Below are positions 23,701-36,544 of a DNA stretch of 64,000 nt, piece by piece; within the stretch, counting starts at the first letter, position 1, and the number at the start of each line of letters is the position of its first letter. A model generated the notes under the pieces. It was not told the DNA's origin. It worked only from the letters and a program-made list of their open reading frames with translations, and did no database searches. The stretch lies in NCBI RefSeq assembly GCF_963921235.1, contig NC_086097.1:70496001-70560000 (forward strand). Reading direction: 5' to 3'. Origin of the DNA: Mobula hypostoma. Lineage: Eukaryota. The translations under genes were made by a program, and so were the position numbers.

Positions 23701-26584
23701 AAATCAATATTAAATTCACAGCCTTTGACATCCTGGGACATCTAAGATAAAGGTGAAATAAGGCATGGAGTAAGAGGTCCTGCAGCTATGTCAGTAGCTC
23801 AAGCATTCAGCTGAGGAGGACACTGGGGACTGCGGTCTAAATTAAAGCAGTGCTCATCATATTTATACCAGGGTCTCGACATCAATGAAAACATTAAAAA
23901 AATGCATGAAAGCTTCTACAGCACAGAAAGGAATTGCTGAGCAAAAAGACCCAGTGGGTATTTGATATCACTCTTCTTTTCTACCTCATCATTTACTGAA
24001 GTACTTACATTTGACAAAACATTGCAGAGTACATGATTTTTTCATGTAGATTGGGTTTCTTTCAGAATAAATCATGGGACTGATTTTCTTAAGCATTTAT
24101 CCTAAAAAAAATGATATCCAGGACTTTGTAGGGCAAAAATGATCAATGATAAGGTATTGGAATAATATATCAGAGGATAAGATTATATTGACTCCAGCAG
24201 AACACCTGTATGAGCCAGCTCTTTCAGGTCAGAGAGCAGGGCGGAAGTGATGTCACTGCAAGGCCAATCCCAGCATCATTTACTCTTCTCACTTCCAGGC
24301 TAATACTGCATGTTGTTCCTGGCCTTCAAACCACATGTAGCCTCATCAATATTTATCTAAATGAATATTCAGCTTCTTTTGTTCAAAGTGGGATAGTTTT
24401 AGGTGGAATTTCACTTAGTCTAGTTTGCATGTTTTTTAACGTGCTTGTAGGCTTTAAATATTAAAAGGTTTCCTGATATCACAAGTTATTTGCTCAGATT
24501 TGTCTTTGGAACTCCATGCTGGGTGAAGAAGAGGAAGAAACAACTACAGCTAAGGGGAAGACCAGATAGGAAATTGCACGTCCAGGGATACTTACCCCCT
24601 AATAAAGGAGAATACAGGCTCAGGACAAAATACTTGACTTTTTTTTACTGAACTGTGCATGAGATGTCTGGAAAGAGGCAATGAGAGCGTGCAACAAGAC
24701 TAGCTGGTCAGTGCCTTGGGCTAGCACAGTATATATGCTAAGATCATTGTAGGTCTAGGCTAGCTCCTTCCAGGGTACCACGGGGGATTTTAACCACGTA
24801 GGTTTCAGTCCTTGTCTAGTTTTGTTAGATGAAGCAAACATTTATCCCACAGGCACCTGGAGGTAGCAGCAGAGGCAAGTAAAGTTGGTGTAGATTGCAG
24901 GATTAGCCTCACTCCCAGTCCAGAGTCTGATTGTCTCTTCCATGACCTTTTGTGACTCCTTTCCACTACATGGACTCTCTTTGTGGTTTGCAAAGTCTTC
25001 TACATTATTACCACATTGACCAGTAAATCATTGCACGTATTGTCACAATTGATAAGTTGCCCAACTTGCTATCCGATGTTGATGGACAAGTTCCCTTAGA
25101 ACAACTACTGTACTTATCCCACTCAGTGGTTGTCCAAAATGTTCATCCTCAAGATGCACTGCTTCCATTATCTAATTTAGTTAAACAGTCTCGTTCCCCA
25201 CTTCCATTTCAAATTAAAGTGTCACAAAAGAAATACTTGTAATTTTTTTAAGACCGTAAGACCGACCATAGGAGCAGAAATAGGTCGTACAGCCCATCAA
25301 GTCTGCTCCGTCAGTCCATTATGGCTGATTTACTATCCTCTCAACCCCATTTTCCAGCCTTCTCCCCACAATCTTTGACCTGTCAACCTATCTAATCAAG
25401 AACCTATCAACCTCTGCCTTAAATGTACGCAATGATTTGGCTTGCCAGCTGTATGTAAATGAATTTCACAAATTCCCCACCCTTTGGCTAAATAAATTCC
25501 TCTTTACCTCTGTTCTAAAAGATGTCCCTCTATTCTGAGGCTGTGCCCTCTGGTTCTAGACTCCCCCACTATAGGAAATATCCTCTCCACATCCACTCTG
25601 TTTAAGCCTTTCAATATACAATTTGTTTCAATGAGATCCTCCCTTATTCTTCTGAATTCCAGTGAATACAGGCCCAGACCCATCAACTGCTCCTCATATG
25701 TTAACTCTTTCATTCCAGAGATCATTCTGGCACACTTCCTCTGGATCCGCTCCAATGCCTGCACGTCCTTCCTTGGATAAGGAGCCCAAAACTGCTCACA
25801 ATACTCCAAGTGTGGTCTGACCAATACCTTATCAAGCCACAGTATTACGTCTTTGCTTTTGTATTCTAGTCCTTTTGAAATGAACATTAACATTGCATTT
25901 GCCTTCCTTACCACCAACTCAACATGCAAGTTAACCTTTAGGGAATCCTGCACAAGTACTCACAAGTCCCTTTGCACCTCTGAGTTTTGAATTTTCTTCC
26001 CATTTAGAAAATAGTCCACAACTTTATTCCTTCTGCCAAAGTGCATAACCATGAACTTCCCTACACTATATTCCATCTGCCACTTCCTGGCCCATTTCCC
26101 CAATCTGTCTAAATCCTTCTGCAGACATCCTGGTTCCTCAAGGCCTCTTGCCCCTCCACCTATCCTCGTAATTTCCACAAACTTGGCCACAAAGTCATTA
26201 ATTTCTTCATCCAAATCACTGACAGATAAAAAGCCTCTTAAGTAAAGGCTCTTTTTGTTCCCATTCTTTGCCTCCTTCCAATCAGCCAATCTTCTATCCA
26301 TGTTAGTACCTGTCCTGTAATACCACAGGCTTTTATCTTGTTAAGCAGCCTCAAGTACAGCACCTTGCAACATCTACTGACTCTCCTTTGCTATCCTGCC
26401 TGTTAGTTTCTCAAAGGATTCCAGCAGATTTGTCAGGCAAGACTTCTTTTTTAGAAAATGATGCTGACTTTGGCCTATGTGCCTCCAAGTACCCTGAAAC
26501 CTCATCCTTAATAAAGGACTCCAGCACTTTTCCAACCACCGAAGTCTGGCTAACTGTCCTATAATTTACCTTCTTCTGCCTCAA

Positions 26585-27720
26585 TATCTCCTTGTGCAAT
26601 TGGATCCTCAATTTCCTCACTTCCAGTCCTGTCAGTTTGGATTGGCAACAATATCTCCTCCACGATCTTCATTAATACAGGTGCACCATGAGGCTGTGTG
26701 CTTAACCTCCTGCTCTGCTCACTTTACATTTATGACTATGGCTAATCACAGCTCCAATTCTATTTTTAAGGTTGCTGTTGTTGGCCGAATCAAAGGAGGT
26801 GACAAATCATCATATAAAAGGGAGGTTGAAAATCTGAATGAGTTGTGTCACAACAACATCCTTTCACTCAATGTCAGCAAGGCCAAGCAGCTGGTTATTG
26901 ACTTCAGGAGACCCATGAGCCAGTCCCCATCAGGGGATCAGAAGTGGAAGGGGTCAGAACTTTTAATTCCTTGGTGTGATTATTTCTGAGGACCTATCTG
27001 AAGAAAGCATGGCATTACATCTACTTTCTTAGAGGTTTGAGAAAGTTTGTCATGACATCTAGAATTCTAACAAACGTCTATAAATATGTGCTGGAGAGTA
27101 TACTGACTGCTTGCATCACAGCCTGGTATGGAAACACCAATGCCCTTGAATGGAAAATACAACAAAAAGTAATGGATATGGCCCAGTCCATCACAGGTAA
27201 AGCCCTTCTCACCATTCAGCACATCTACACGGAGCATTGTCGCATGAAGCAGAATCCATCATCAAGGACACCACGACCCAGGTCATGCTCTACTGTCCCT
27301 GCTGCCATCAGGAAGGTGGTAAAAGAGCCTCAGGACTCACATCACCCGGTTCAGGAACAATTATTACCTCTCAACCATCAGGCTCTTGAACCAGAGGGAA
27401 TAACTTCACTCAACTTCCCTCACCTCATAACTGAACTGTTCCCACAAACTATGGACTCACTTTCAAGGACTTTTCATCCCATGTTCTCGATATTTATTGC
27501 TTATTTATTATTATTATTAATATTATTATTTCTTTTTCTTTTCATATTTGCCCAGTTTGTTATCTTATGCAAATTAGTTGTCTGTCTTTCATTGGTTCCA
27601 TTATGGTTATTGGATTTATTGAGTACTCAGTATTCTCACAAGAAATTGAATCTCGGGGTTGTATATGGTAACATATATGTATTTTGATAATAAATTTACT
27701 TTAAAATTAGAATTTTGAAA
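26585..27720 (+). mobile_element. Rex1/Babar LINE RT and 3' end
   Basis: LCNWILNFLT...NTGAP*GCVL, LSLNVSKAKQLVIDFRR, ESILTACITAWYGN. AATAAA followed by tail at ~27688. Confidence 0.88.
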
Positions 27721-28262
27721 ACTCCCTCCCTTCTTAGAGTGGAGTGACATTTGCAATTTCCCATCTTCTGGAACCATTCCAGGATCTAGTCATTCTTGAA
27801 AGATCATTATTAATGCCTCCACAATCTCTTCAGCTACCTCTTTCAGAACCCTGGGGTGTAGTGCGTCTGGTCCAGGTGACTCACCTACCTTCAGACCTTT
27901 CAGCTTCCCAAGCACCTGCTCTTAGTAATAGCAACGACATTCACTTCTGCTCCCGACACTTTCTCATTTCTGGCATTCTGCTAGTGTCTTTCACAGTGAA
28001 GGCTGACACAAAATACTTAATTAAATTTGTCTGCTATTTCATTGTCCTCTATTACTATCTTTCCAGTCTCATTTTCCAGCAGTTCACTCTCATCTCTCTT
28101 TATCTCTCTCATTATCACTCTTTATCACTCTCATACTCTTTATCTGTCTGAAAAATATTTTTGTATCCTCTTTTACATTATTGGCCAGCTTACTTTCATA
28201 TTTCATCTTTTCTCTCCTTATGGCTTTTGTTGCATTCTGTTGGTTCTTAAAAGCCTCCCAAT

Positions 28263-29323
28263 CATAGAAACATAGAAAACCTACAGCACAATACAGGCCC
28301 TTTGATCCACAATGCTGTGCCGAGCATGTAGTTAATTTAGAAATTACCTGAGCTCCATGTACCTATCCAGGAGTCTCTTAAAAGACGTTATTGTATCCAC
28401 CTCCACCACAGTCACCGGCAGCCCATTCACTCACCACTCTCTGATTAAAAAACTTACCCTCGCATCCCTTCTGTACCTACTTCCAAGCACCTTAAAACTG
28501 TGCTGTCTCGTGTTAGCCATTTCAGCCCTGGGGAAAAGCCTCTGACTATCCTCATGATCAATGCCTCTCATTATCTTATACACCTCTATCAGGTCACCTC
28601 TCATCTTCTGTCGCTCCAAGGAGAAAAGGCCAAGTGTACTCAACCTATTCTCATAAGGCATGCTCCCCAATCCAGGCAACATCCTTGTAAATCTCCTCTA
28701 CACACCTTCTATCATTTCCTGTAGTGAGGTGACCAGAACTGAGCGCAGTACTCCAAGTGGGGTCTGGCCAGGGTCCTATATAGCTGTAACATTACCTCTC
28801 GGCTTTTAAACTCAATCCCATGGTTGATGAAGGCCAATGCACCATATGCCTTCTTAACCACACAGTCAACCTGCGCAGCAACTTTGAGTGCCCTGTGGAC
28901 TTGGACCCCAAGATCCCTCTGATCCTCCACACTGTCAAGAGTCTTACCATTAATACTATATCTTGCCATCATATTTGACCTACCAAATTGAACCACCTCA
29001 CACTTATCTGGGTTGAACTCCATCTGCCACTTCTCAGCCCAGTTTTGTATCCTATCTATGCCCTGTTGTAACCTCTGACAGCCTTCCACACTATCCACAA
29101 CTCCTCCAACCTTTGTGTCATCAGCAAATTTACTAACCCATCCCTCCACTTCCTTATCCAGGTCATTTATAAAAATCAAGAGAAGGGGTCCCAGAACAGA
29201 TCCCTGAGGCACACAACAGGTCACCGACCTCCATGCAGAATATGACCCGTCTACAACCAGTCTTTGCCTTCTGTGGGCAAGCCAATTCTGAATCCACAAA
29301 GTAAGGTCCCCTTAGATCCCATC
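28263..29323 (-). mobile_element. CR1 RT and 3' end
   Basis: ORF 28712-29299 has VPQGSVLGPLL and KFADDTK. Same subfamily as 2772-3247. Confidence 0.93.
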
Positions 29324-30134
29324 CTCTCGCATCCCACTAATTTTTGCTATATTATATGCCCTCTATTTTTCTTTTATGCTGTCTTTGACTTCTTTTGTCA
29401 GCTACGGTTGCTTCATCCTCCCTGGGTCTCACAGCAAGTTGCTGAAGATTAATTTTTAATTCCAGTCCACTCAGAACAAGTTTGGGATGCAACCAATGAT
29501 CATTTGACAATCATGATTGTCAAATATACAAATACAGTCATGGAATTGTGTAACAGAGAAGAACCACTTGAACTATCAAATCTTTATCAGCTCTTTCAGC
29601 CATGGAAGTCATTTAGTCATCGATTTAGGAAATCATGCAGAAATAGGCCACTTTTATTATCCCACTATATCAGTGCATCACACTAATCCCATTTACAAGC
29701 ATTTAATTCACATTCGTCTATGCCTTGGGGATTCAAGTGCTCGTGTGGATACTTCTAAAATGCCACGAGAGGATCTGCATTTCATATTCTAACCACTTTC
29801 TTGGTGAAATAATTCTTCTCAGATCACTTCTAAACCTTTCAGTCTTTATCCTAAACTAAGCTCCCTTGTTTTAAACACCTAGAGTTGTTCAGTTGAGGTA
29901 GTCTTATCACCCGCCCCCCCCCCCCCGCGCCGCCCCCACCCCAGTTCATTCCCATTGCCACCCATTTTTCTTTTTTGGTCTGAGGGTTTATTCGATTCTC
30001 TTTTGGAAAGAGCTATTGATATTTGTACAGGGACTCCCTGGGTTAAGAAATGCCTGAAATGGCCATTTCGGTGAAATTCTCCAAACCTTTCACTTTCTTG
30101 AGTTTGGTGCTGTATTTAACTGATCCTGCCCTAC

Positions 30135-31040
30135 TGAACTCATATCCTCAGTCTCTTCCCACCTACATCCGTGACCCCTCACATGCCCTTAATCACTTGG
30201 ACAACTTTCAATTCCTTGGCCCCAATCACCTCCTTTTCACCATGGATGTCCAGTCTCTATATACAGTACTTCTATCCTCCATCAAGAAAGCCTAACCAGT
30301 TTCCATCTATCACCACCCTCCTCCGTCTGGTGGAACTGGTCCTCACCCTACAATTTCTGTTTTGGCTCCTCCCACTTTCTCCAAACCCAAAGTGTAACCA
30401 TGACATGGGCCCTAGCTATGCTTGTATTTTCATTGGCTACGTGGAACAGTCTTTGTTCTAAGCCTTCACTGGTAATGCTCCCCAGTCTTTCTGTGCTACA
30501 TTGACAACTGCATTGGCACTGCTTCATGTATCCGCGCTGAGCTCGTCAAGTTGCCTCCAACTGACACCCAGTCTTTCAATTCACTTGGTCGATTTCTGTC
30601 ACCTCTCTCCTCTTTCTCAATCTTTCTGTCTTCACCTCTGGGGACAAGCTGTCTATAGATATATTTTATAAATCTACTGATTCTCTCAGATTTCTTGACT
30701 ATTCTTCCCACCCTGTCAGCTGTAAAAATGCCATTTCCCAGTCTCAGTTCCTTTGAAAAGGTCAGCTCTCCTCTCCTATCAGATTCCTTCCTCCTCAGCC
30801 CTTTACCTTTCCCATTTATCACCTCCCAGCTTAGTTCATCCCCCATCTCCCCCACCCAGTTGGCTTCACCCATCACCTTCTAGTTTCTACTTCTTCCCCA
30901 TCCCCACCTTGGTTCTCTGGCTTCTTACCCCTTCCTTTCATTGTCCTGATGATGGAATTCGGCCCAAATCATCGGTTGTTTATTCCTTTCCCCAGATGCT
31001 CCTGACCAGCTGAGTTCCTCCAGCATGTTGTGTGTGTTGC
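30135..31040 (+). mobile_element. Decayed, internally deleted PLE
   Basis: LPTYIRDPSHAL...FTMDVQSLYT and MGPSYACIF. Decayed hammerhead at ~30943-30977 plus tail. Confidence 0.85.
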
Positions 31041-32436
31041 ATGAGGAAGCTGTTACCAACAGCTCACCCAGTCCTTTAACTCTGAAATAAGTTGCATTAA
31101 CTCAAGCACCCATGCGCAGGTGAGGAGTCTGCATAGAGTCTCCCCGAGCAATTCGGTTTGGCAGTTGGATGGCTGGAGAAGTGCCAAAACATGCTGCCAG
31201 CATTGCCATTTTTGTCTGCAGCCAGTAATGTTGATTGCTGCATCATCAAAGATGCCAGAGTTTGGACAGTGGCAGGACCACAGCAGACATTCCAGTACAG
31301 AGGGCTTTGGCATTGTCAAAGCTTCAGCTCTCTTGCTTCAACATGTAATGTCTCACTGCGTCACTTTCAGTGAAGAACAAGTGAATTCCATCCAGGTTTT
31401 TGTGTAATACTGTTTATTCTCAGCTATTGTCATCGATTAAAGGGACTGATCGTTATCATATTCCCATTTGTGGGAGCTTTCCATGCACAAATACTGTACC
31501 ATGTTTCCTACATTGCAATAGTGGCAAGTTTCCAAAAGTACTTTATTGGCTGTAAAGCATTTGGATTGCTCTGAAAGGGAAGTGGAAGGTGCTACCTTAA
31601 TGCTGTCTTTCTTTCTTTCTTATCCCTCCACCTGTTTCTTGCTCTTCCATCCGAAGAGATAAACACAGATAAGTTCTTTCATGGACTCTTAGAAATGAGT
31701 GAGTGAGACACAAAATGGAAAATCAAAGTCTTCACAAAATGTTTTTTTTTAATTAACATCAATTAATTTTGACCTGGTGCCAATTAAACTACTGAACAAG
31801 TCTGTAAAATCTGTCAATAACTTTTTATGAAAAATGAACAAATGTACTGGAAATCTGGAAGAGATTGCACCTAAGAATAAACTGCATACCAGTAATCAAG
31901 CAGCCATTTGGGACTCTTATTAAGTTTCTACACTTCAGGAATGTGTTAAATTGGCCCACGTCCTGCTGGTTCACTGTCTGGTCCACAAAGACCTGATTCA
32001 CAGATGGGACAGAATAATGAGCTGGCACCAACAGAGACACATCGTCAATGAAGTAGAACTGATTGCCAGAACCTCCCTTTTCCTTCCACTTTTCATCACT
32101 TTGCAAAGGTCAAATAATCATTCTAAGTCATATGGTCACTAGTTCATTTTTCCAGTGCTGGTGAGACTCCTGGCTGTCTAAATTGTGATAATATTCTTCC
32201 TTCTTTGTGTTTTCCCTTAGTACTTCAGATATTGTGTACCATCCCCCTACTGAGCAGACTGAAAGGTGACTAAAACTACATCAACGTCAATCTGAAATTT
32301 TTCCTTTTGCTGTCCAATCCATCCCTCAGTGAGTGAGGATGGAAATCCATGCTACTGGCTAAACATGTGAGACTATAACTGAGACTGAAGAGCTATTGAT
32401 GATCATTTATTATAGACTTCCTAAACACACGGCAAG

Positions 32437-33238
32437 ACTTCCAGTAAAATGGTGGCACACTCAGACATAGCAGCCTCTCTGGGGTCCACCAAAGGTGATC
32501 TGTGTTTTTTTACGACCGCAAGACAATCCTGGAATTAAGAACTTCAAGAACTGCAGGTCTAATCCATCAGCAAGTTGCTCATTAGCAGAGGAGCCTGACT
32601 TGGTGCAGACCGTGTTGCTGCCTGCATCGGAGTTGGTGCATGGAGGTGGTGTACAGTCTAACAGCGAGTGATTATCTTAAATGTTTTTCTTGTGATTGCA
32701 AGACCCTGTTGGACATTGAGGATGCAAAGTACTGCAAGTACCATTCACTGGCTTATTGGAAAGACCAATGGCATGGGAGTTGCGCGGCCTCAGTTGTAGC
32801 GAGGACTAGGCCTCGTGCCGCGGGCTTGCCTGTTGCTGTAGTCTAGGAAGGGAGATGCCGGAGGCGGTGTACCACAGCATCCATTCTAGATTGGAGAATG
32901 GCCCCTCTTTTCGGTGCTATCCTCCAGTATTCACTTGGTAGAAGACAAGCTAGATTGGACGCGTACGTGCGTGTATGCGTATGTTTGTCTGTGGACTGCT
33001 GAGAATTGTTTGTTCTTGCCAACAACACTCATGCGCCACTAATTTGCAGGAGATTCCACTCAGGGACTTGGGCTGTATTTTTATGTGTGACTGTATGTTT
33101 ACTGCTATCTTATATGTGCCTTATGGCTGTTGGTACTGTTTTTTACACCTTGGCCCCGAAGGAATGGTTCTTTCATTTGGCTGTATTCATGGGTATTCAT
33201 GCATGTTTAAATGATAATTAAACTTCAACTTGAACTAG
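32437..33238 (+). mobile_element. Non-autonomous retroelement (family B), unexpanded paralog of 11450-14738
   Basis: Homologous at both ends and in the middle to 11450-14738. AACTTCAACTTGAAC tail. Possible TSD AAGACTTC (32434-32441 and 33239-33246). Confidence 0.75.
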
Positions 33239-33941
33239 AAGACTTCTTCATGTCATCCAACCACTAAACAAACCCCTCCAATGAACACCCCCCCCCCAAC
33301 AACATAAAGACCCTCACACAACTCTCTTGCCAGCATCAAGTTTAGGAAACCGTTTACTGGGCAGAAGGATGGGCAAAAAATGAAAATGGGACATTTTTGG
33401 GAATCAGATCACCAATAATTTGCGAAAAGCTCAGACCACTGAAGTGCTAAGAGGTGTTGTCAATGCTATTGAACAAAAATTCTCAGTGGGACTCCACTAC
33501 CACAAAAACTCATTTGCCAACACATTTAGGAAATGAAACAAGATATCAGACTTTTAATAAAATGGGTTAAGGACAAGGATTGGGAAGTTGCAGTGGGGGG
33601 AGGTGAGGGGTGTTGGGAATGTTGTGGGGGGGCAGGGGAAAATGACACAAAGCAACAAAGGCAATTAGCTAAGAGAAAGAGAGAATTTGTGATAAGAAAA
33701 AAGAAAGGGTGGCAAAAAGGCTGCAGAACTAGGTGAGAAAGGATTAAATCATTAATGAAAAGGTCAGGTCTGCTCTCGATTTAATGTGTTCATAACAATC
33801 TTCATGAAGTTATCACATTGCCAGTCGTGCTGGGTGTGAGAAGGTTTAAGTAGATCGAGCTACTGTTGCAATAAGGGATGATGCAACTTTAAAGCATTGT
33901 GGAAGTTAACCCACAACTGAAGCTAAATAAACTACTCAGAA

Positions 33942-34072
33942 CAACAGGAATTCTGCAGATGCTGGAAATTCAAGCAACACACATCAAAGTTGCTGGTGAA
34001 CGCAGCAGGCCAGGCAGCATCTGTAGGAAGAGGTGCAGTCAACGTTTCAGGCCGAGACCCTTCGTCAGGACT
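33942..34072 (-). mobile_element. ~130-bp PLE 3' terminus consisting of hammerhead plus tail
   Basis: Reverse complement is nearly identical to 5164-5294. Flanked by ACTACTCAGAA at 33931-33941 and 34070-34080. Confidence 0.92.
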
Positions 34073-34189
34073 ACTCAGAATGTGAATTTGAAACATATTT
34101 CAACAGTAATATCAGAACCAGGTTCATTATCACTGATATGTTGTAAAATTTCTTGCTTTGCAGCAGCAGTACAATACAAGACAATGGTT

Positions 34190-34435
34190 ATTTATTTATT
34201 TATTTATTGAGATAGCGTGCAGAACAGGCCCTGCCGGCCCTTTGAGCCACACCACCCAGCAATACCCCTATCTAATCCATGGGACAATTTACAATGACCA
34301 ATTAGCCTATCAACTGTTATGTGTCTGGACTGTCGGAGGGCACTGACTTGGTCATGAGGAGAACTTACAGGCAGTGGCGGGAATTGAACCCGAGTCACTG
34401 GTACTGTAAAGTGTTGTGCTACTGCGCTGCCCCCA
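34190..34435 (-). mobile_element. tRNA-derived SINE (HE1/V-SINE-like)
   Basis: Minus-strand B-box GGGTTCAATTCCC, internal GGTCATTGTAAATTGTCCC, (AAAT)n tail. Confidence 0.7.
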
Positions 34436-35469
34436 TAAGTCACAAATGAACAAACAAACAGGTACATAAATAAATAACAAAAAACAAGAGGAATAGTGAG
34501 GTAGTTTTCATGGGAAGCACAACACCGCCTGGTTTCCAGATCAAAGCAAAATGCTTTCTTTATGGATTTGTCATCACTGAGATTTATTTTAACATCTGTG
34601 TTAAGGAGCAGTGCATAGAAATCTGAATGAAAATAAAACCCATACATTAGTATGTGGATGTAGTTGACAAATAACTGCAGACAGTTATGAAGGTTTATTT
34701 CCTTATACGAGAACAAATGTGTATCTGGAAATTCATGCTGGAAAAGGCACACACTGATGCCTTGGGTGGTGTAATGAAGATAGTGACCAGGCCATCAGCT
34801 TAGTTACAAACAATGCAGCCGACACTCCAGGAGAAGCCTCAGTTAACGGTCAGGAGGAATCTGCAGGTCTGACATCATACAGCTCTCATTCTACCAATCT
34901 GCTATAGGACCATTCTTCACCAAAGAGCCCTTCTTGTACTGAAAGAGGCAACCACTTTGGTCTGTGAATTTCTTCAGAAACTGTTAATTTGACTGAATAT
35001 TTCAAGAATATAGGAAGACAAAGAGTAAAAATTTGGGCTAGGTACACCTATTTTGTTAGGGGCTTCAAATGATCTCAAATGCATGAAAGTCTAGCCTATA
35101 TTTCTGATGGAAAATGTGGTACACCAGCCCAGTAAATGACACCTGATAGCTTACCCTGCTTGATGCCAGCTCTGCCATCTCCAAACTCTAGATTCTCACT
35201 AATAGTTGTACTTCTAAGAAAAAAGGGAAAGGGGATCCAAGGCTGTTGCAGTAGGACTTTTTAAATCTTAAATACTACAACTAAGTGCATAGGAAATAGC
35301 AGAGCCTGTTACAACATTCATTGAGGTAACGCCTGATCTAATCATAGTCCTCAGCTCCAGTTTCCGACCTAATCACCATAATCTTGCATTCCCCTACAGT
35401 TCAATTCTTTCATGCACTTCAAGATTTTTTTGAATTTTTTTTTTGCTACACTTGAAGAGAACTCCCAGC

Positions 35470-36195
35470 ACTTTCGGAAAACAAGGAGGGCCATGAAAAG
35501 TCCTTGGCAAGTAGGATTAAAGACAATCCCAAAGCATTCCATACATACATCAAGAGCAAGAGGATAACTAGGGAGACAGTAGGACCACTCAAGGATAAAG
35601 GGGATAGGGATATTTTCTTGGATATAGAGGATGTGGGTGAGATCTTTACTGAGTACTTTCCATCAGTATTTACCAAAGAGAAAGATGTGGAGGGTAGGGA
35701 GATCAGTGCTGAGTCTATTTATAGGCTAGTCCACTTTCAGGTAAAGGAAGAGGTAGTGTTGGGTCTTTTAAAGACCATTAAAGTGGACAAGTCTCCAGAG
35801 CCTGATGGGATATACCCCAGGCTACTGAGAGAGGCAAGAGGTGATAGAGGTTTATAAGATTATGAGAGGCATAGATAGAGTAGACAGACAGTATCTTTTT
35901 CAGAAATATCTAATACCAGGGTTGAAATATCTAATACCAGAGAACATGCATTTAAGGTGAGAGGGGGTAAGTTCGAAGAAGATGTGAGGGGCAAGTACTT
36001 TGCCTAGGGTTGTAGTAGAGGCAGATATATTAAGGATTTTTAAGAGACATTTACATGAACGTGAGGTAAATGCAAGGATATGGATATTGTACAGGTAGGA
36101 AAGGTTAGTTTAGTTGGCCATTTGATTACTATTTAATTGGTTTGCGCAACATTGTGGGCTGAATGGCCTGTTTCTGTACTGCACTGTTCTATATT
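35470..36195 (+). mobile_element. Internally deleted CR1 fragment
   Basis: ASRIKDNPKAFHTYIKSKR...KSPEPDGIYPRLLREA joined directly to the CR1 3' end. Confidence 0.85.
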
Positions 36196-36544
36196 TTATC
36201 AGAGAGAAATCCCTCCTTTCCTTTGCTGCTGGGTTTTCTTTTGGGCTGCTGGGTGGAATTAATGTGCCTTTGTCCTTTGGCATTGTCTAAAGTTGCAGCA
36301 GTGTATTTGAACTGCAGCAGACTAGCTTTTGTTGAAGATGTTGCCCCCCCCCCCCCAGCCTCTAGACATGCGTGTCCTGGCGGGACGTCATCTGGGAACT
36401 ATGACTGGGAGACAGGAACCCAAACAGAGCAGGACAAATGGTAGGAAGGGCAAAGAGACAGGGAAGTTCACCAAGAAGAGGCCCTAACTGATATCAGCTG
36501 CATCCACACCTGCAATCTTAAAGCAGGACAAGGTCAGAATAATA

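Larger units (their letters stand above)
25252..29420 (-). mobile_element. Old CR1, interrupted by a Rex1 (26585-27720) and a younger CR1 (28263-29323)
   Basis: ORFs 25504-25953 (LVRPHLEYCEQFWAPY), 25960-26301 and 26411-26620. CR1 sequence resumes at 27721 and 29324. Confidence 0.88.

Noticed and set aside
34370..34435. tRNA gene
   Set aside because: A B-box is present, but there is no cloverleaf and it continues into a SINE body and tail.
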